Positions 55,603-59,428 of a DNA stretch of 59,428 nucleotides are shown here, piece after piece (the stretch's first letter is position 1; every line of letters starts with the position of its first letter). The stretch comes from a virus (lineage: Duplodnaviria; Caudoviricetes), in IMG/VR virus record IMGVR_UViG_3300025127_000036, positions 1 to 59,428 of that record; one strand, given 5' to 3'. The notes under the pieces are model-generated. The model saw only the letters and a list, made by a program, of their open reading frames with translations, ran no database searches and was not told where the DNA came from. The translations under genes were made by a program, and so were the position numbers.

Positions 55603-58440
55603 ATGGCACTGGTATTTAACGATAGGGTTAAGGAGACCTCTACTACAACAGGTACGGGGACACTAAATCTTGGAGGAGCTTTTCAAGATTTTCAGACCTT
55701 TGTTGCAGGTATTGGTAATTCCAATGAGACTTACTATAATATCGTTTTACCACAGACAGGTGAATTTGAAGTTGGTAGAGGTGTCGTAACTGATGCCTCT
55801 CCAGACACACTATCAAGATTAGAAGTTTTCACTTCTTCAAACAGTGGTAATTTAGTAGATTTTTCAGCAGGGACCAAAACAGTATTTTGTACTCTTCCTG
55901 CAAATAAATTTGTACCAGGTAAATTTGAAGGGGCAAATTTTACAAATTCACTATTAATTGGTCATGCAACTACAGGTACTTTAAACTCCGCTCAGAATAA
56001 CTTAGGTGTTGGTATTTCGGCTTTGGATGCTATCACTAGTGGTGATAGTAACGTGGCGCTTGGAACAAGTGCTGGGTCTGCATTAACAACAGGTGCATTA
56101 AATGTTTTCATAGGTACTAGTGCTGGTGCAGGGGCGACAGACCCGCAAGGAAATATTGCAATAGGAGCAGCTGCTTTAGGAAGCGCTGATCCAGGTAACA
56201 ATAACATTGCAATAGGTGAAAGTGCTGGAAAATTAATTACTGGTGTTAGAAATTTAGTTATTGGTGAAAATGCTGGAGATAATATTACATCTGGTTCAGG
56301 TAACGTAATTATAGGTTCAGCTGTGGATGCAGATTCAGCCACAGGTAACAGACAATTAAAAATTGCTGGTAATAGTGGTGGAGCAACTACAACTTGGATT
56401 TCAGGTGATGATGCAGGTGCTTTAACGTTTGCTGACAAAGTAGTTTTAGCTGCAAACAAAACAATAGAGTTCGGAGATTCAGGAGAAACAATTACAGGAG
56501 ATGGAACTAACTTAACTATTGCATCAGGTTCCAAAACAATTGTAGACAGCACAGGTAATATTGAATTAAAGGTTGGCTCTGCCTCTGGTGCCCTTGAGTT
56601 AGATATTGGTGGCACAAGTATTGCTAAATTTGAAAACTCTTCAAACACAGTACAATTAAGAGCGATTGTTCAAGATAAAGACATTGAGTTCAGAGGTAAT
56701 GACGGTGGCTCACAAATTACAGCATTAAGTTTAGATATGAGTGAAGCAGGTGCTGCTACATTTAATGACAATGTTTTATTAGGTTCAGGTAAACAATTAA
56801 AATTTCATACTGCTGGGGATAACATAAAATTTGATGGAACAAATCTCTTAGTAACTGCTACAAACGGTTTAATATTAGACGGCGATCAACAAATATTATT
56901 AAACGATGGTGGTGTAAATTATGCTGCTTTTGTTAGTTCCTCAACTAGATTTACAATACATTCTCAAACATCAGATAAAGATTTTGCAATTAATGTAAAT
57001 GATGGAGGATCACAGCTTGACGCTCTTATTTTTGACGCGTCGGCAGCAGGTGCTGCTACATTCAACAGCACAGTAACAGCAAATGCAGGTCTTAAAGCTG
57101 ACAATATTACAATCGATGGCACAGAAATAGATTTAAGTTCAGGTGATTTAACTATTGATGTTGCAGGTGATATTACTTTAGACGCTGATGGTGGTGATAT
57201 CATATTTGCAGACGCCAGCACAGAAATTGGTAGATTTACAAATGACTCTTCAGACTTTGTAATTAAATCATCGGTATCAGATAAAGATTTAGTGTTTAGA
57301 GTAAATGATGGTGGCTCTGAAGTCACAGCAATGAGAATAGACGCAAACAATGCTGGTAGAGTTTCAATTGGAACTAATAATGTTGCTGCTGAAAATTTAA
57401 GTGTTGTTGGTCAAAACAATTCATCATCTGCTACATTTAAAGTCAAAGACACAGATGGTAGAGGTATTATTTTACAATCGCCTTTTTCAGGTCAAGGTAT
57501 TGGTAGTATTGGAACACATGGAACTAATTCTGCTTTAGGATTTTTAGTTAATTCAAATGAAGTAGCAAGATTTGGAACAAATGGCTTTTTAGGTATTGGC
57601 ACAACTAATCCACAAGAAGAAATACATATTAATGGAGCTGATCCTTCAATAAGAATACAAGATAGTGATGGTGGTCTTACAATAATAACACAGGCTGGTG
57701 ATGATTTAACCATTGACTCTCCAGGCGATATTATATTAGACGCTGATGGCACCGAAGTTAAGTTTTTAGATGGTGGCACTCAATTTGGTCATATATTAAA
57801 AAGTGGAAATAACTTTGAAGTAAAAAGCACAATAAGTGATGGCGATTTAACATTTCATGGTAATGATGGTGGATCAGCAATTGAGGCACTTAAACTTGAT
57901 ATGTCAGAGGCAGGTGCAGCTACATTTAATGATAAAGTTATTTTAGGTGCTAACAAAGTCATTGAGTTCGGAGACTCAGGTGAAACTATATCTGGCGATG
58001 GTACAGACATGACTGTTTCTTCGAGTGGAATTTTAAATTTAAACTCATCAGCTGCTACTGGCCCTGCAATAAGACTTGCTTCATCAGCGGGTGGAATATC
58101 AGTAGAATCTAATTCATTAATTGTGTTGGACGCTCATAATGCTGATAATGGTATTCAATATAAAGATGGCGCAACAGAAATGTTGCGTATTCATAATTCA
58201 TCAAGTGATGTCATTCTACATACAAAAGTTCAAGATAAAGATTTAATCTTTAAAGGTAACGATGGGGGTTCTGATATTACTGCATTAACTCTTGACATGA
58301 GTGAAGCTGGTGCCGCTACATTTAACGCAGGAATTACAGCAACAACAGGAACATTTTCTGGAACAGTAACAGCAAACGGAGAGGTTTTAACAGCAGGGGT
58401 ATCGGCAGGGTTCGCCGTAGCAATGGCAATTGCACTCTGA
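55603..58440 (+). CDS. long tail fibre with internal repeats
   Basis: DRVKETSTTTGTG N-terminus; N-x-x-[LI]-G beta-helix repeats; five NDGGS modules; ends AMAIAL. Confidence 0.85.
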   Translation: MALVFNDRVKETSTTTGTGTLNLGGAFQDFQTFVAGIGNSNETYYNIVLPQTGEFEVGRGVVTDASPDTLSRLEVFTSSNSGNLVDFSAGTKTVFCTLPANKFVPGKFEGANFTNSLLIGHATTGTLNSAQNNLGVGISALDAITSGDSNVALGTSAGSALTTGALNVFIGTSAGAGATDPQGNIAIGAAALGSADPGNNNIAIGESAGKLITGVRNLVIGENAGDNITSGSGNVIIGSAVDADSATGNRQLKIAGNSGGATTTWISGDDAGALTFADKVVLAANKTIEFGDSGETITGDGTNLTIASGSKTIVDSTGNIELKVGSASGALELDIGGTSIAKFENSSNTVQLRAIVQDKDIEFRGNDGGSQITALSLDMSEAGAATFNDNVLLGSGKQLKFHTAGDNIKFDGTNLLVTATNGLILDGDQQILLNDGGVNYAAFVSSSTRFTIHSQTSDKDFAINVNDGGSQLDALIFDASAAGAATFNSTVTANAGLKADNITIDGTEIDLSSGDLTIDVAGDITLDADGGDIIFADASTEIGRFTNDSSDFVIKSSVSDKDLVFRVNDGGSEVTAMRIDANNAGRVSIGTNNVAAENLSVVGQNNSSSATFKVKDTDGRGIILQSPFSGQGIGSIGTHGTNSALGFLVNSNEVARFGTNGFLGIGTTNPQEEIHINGADPSIRIQDSDGGLTIITQAGDDLTIDSPGDIILDADGTEVKFLDGGTQFGHILKSGNNFEVKSTISDGDLTFHGNDGGSAIEALKLDMSEAGAATFNDKVILGANKVIEFGDSGETISGDGTDMTVSSSGILNLNSSAATGPAIRLASSAGGISVESNSLIVLDAHNADNGIQYKDGATEMLRIHNSSSDVILHTKVQDKDLIFKGNDGGSDITALTLDMSEAGAATFNAGITATTGTFSGTVTANGEVLTAGVSAGFAVAMAIAL

Positions 58441-58466
58441 CCGCAATTAACATATAATGAGGTATT

Positions 58467-58793
58467 ATGGCACAAGATTTTGAACGAGATATACAAAGAA
58501 ATGTAGGCACGAGTTCCGTAGTTTTACGAACAGCTAATTCTGATGATGCAATTATTTCAATAAGATGCGCAAATGTAACTACTTCTACAATCAATGTGGA
58601 TGTATTTATTTTAAACGGAGGAAATGAACATAGACTAATCAAAGGAGCACCGATAGTCCCAGGCGGATCGCTTGAGCTCATTGATGGGGGTAGTAAAATA
58701 GTTCTTCAAAATGGAGATCAACTTAAAGCTCGTAGCGATACGGCATCGAGTTTAGATATAGTATCTTCTTTTGTTGATGCAATAAGTACGTAA
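58467..58793 (+). CDS. virion structural protein
   Basis: IRCANVT..LIKGAPI.PGGSLELIDGGSKIVLQNGD. Confidence 0.7.
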   Translation: MAQDFERDIQRNVGTSSVVLRTANSDDAIISIRCANVTTSTINVDVFILNGGNEHRLIKGAPIVPGGSLELIDGGSKIVLQNGDQLKARSDTASSLDIVSSFVDAIST

Positions 58794-58801
58794 GGAGATT
58801 C

Positions 58802-59245
58802 ATGGCCTATTTAGGAAACGCACCAAAAGGAAATTTACTTACCATGAACTCTTCGCAGTTCAGCGGTGATAATTCAGAAACAAATTTTACACTTTCACAA
58901 ACTGTTACGAATACCAACGAAGTAGAAGTTTTTGTGGGAAATGTTCGTCAGGACCCTCACTCAGCTTACACAATATCTGGTGGCACAACTTTAGCTTTTA
59001 CAGCTGCACCGCCAACAGGAACTAATAATATTTATGTAGTATACCAAGGTAAATCTATAGGTGAAACTACACCTGGAGAAAACTCAATTGAATTTGGTAT
59101 GATAAAAGCAATCAACGGTGGTTATGAAAATAAAGCATCTATATCATCCAATATCACAGTTGCATCTGGGGATAACATGATGATAGCAGGTCCTGCTTCT
59201 TTCACAGGCACAGTAACAGTTAATGGAACATTGACGGTAGTATAA
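58802..59245 (+). CDS. tail fibre/virion structural protein (paralogue of 470..928)
   Basis: MAYLGNAP..VGNVRQDP..AYTISG..FTAAPP..GPASFTGTVTV. Confidence 0.75.
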   Translation: MAYLGNAPKGNLLTMNSSQFSGDNSETNFTLSQTVTNTNEVEVFVGNVRQDPHSAYTISGGTTLAFTAAPPTGTNNIYVVYQGKSIGETTPGENSIEFGMIKAINGGYENKASISSNITVASGDNMMIAGPASFTGTVTVNGTLTVV

Positions 59246-59428
59246 TGGGAACTCTATTTGTAGATAATATCAAACAACAATCTTCACAAGGTAGCGGTAC
59301 AATTACTATTGGTGCAAGTGGTGAGACAGTTGCTTTAGCATCAGGCGTAAATAGTCAATTACTAAGACCATCATTTCAAGCATATTTAGGTTCTTCTCAA
59401 AGTATTGGAGTCAACACAAATACAACGG
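59245..59428 (+). CDS. 5' fragment of C1q-like tail protein (truncated by window end)
   Basis: TAATG coupling; MGTLFVDNIKQQSSQGSGTITIGASGETV..RPSFQAYL.. Confidence 0.7.
   Translation, partial: MGTLFVDNIKQQSSQGSGTITIGASGETVALASGVNSQLLRPSFQAYLGSSQSIGVNTNTT

Noticed and set aside
55992-58681. Long minus-strand ORFs opposite the tail fibre (also 4174-4878 and 40746-41120)
   Set aside because: Shadow frames from biased codon usage; no RBS or recognisable motifs
1-59428. Terminal redundancy, tRNA genes, integrase/att site
   Set aside because: The two ends do not overlap, and no cloverleaf with T-loop consensus or recombinase motif was recognised by eye; tRNAscan/HMM searches were not run

Overview
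An AT-rich, almost gap-free bacteriophage sequence, most likely a near-complete, circularly permuted genome of a marine short-tailed dsDNA phage. Gene content and order resemble HTVC023P/HTVC027P-type SAR11 (Pelagibacter) phages; this assignment is inferred, not from a search. The window opens and closes inside the tail-fibre/receptor-binding region. Order: tail modules and nozzle (1-8.6 kb); two glycosyltransferases; ejection/internal virion proteins (10.9-17.6 kb); replication block with PD-(D/E)XK exonuclease, SNF2 helicase, SSB-like protein, AEP primase, UvrD helicase and Leu762 family-A polymerase (18.7-27.7 kb); a regulatory region with a dense cluster of structured non-coding elements and an iteron-like origin candidate (27.7-32.3 kb); TerS; a leftward block of small early genes containing a type II hammerhead ribozyme (33.3-38.2 kb); a VRR-NUC-like nuclease, TerL, portal, a LAGLIDADG endonuclease, holin, GroES-like protein, scaffold, capsid genes, M15 endolysin, head-tail connectors and a long fibre. 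No integrase, tRNA or CRISPR array was recognised. The most unusual signal is an RNA layer: tandem promoter-driven small-RNA cassettes whose GC-clamped stems display loops complementary to Shine-Dalgarno/AUG regions, a hammerhead, a gene enclosed by a 16-bp RNA stem, and a double-pseudoknot leader after the capsid gene.
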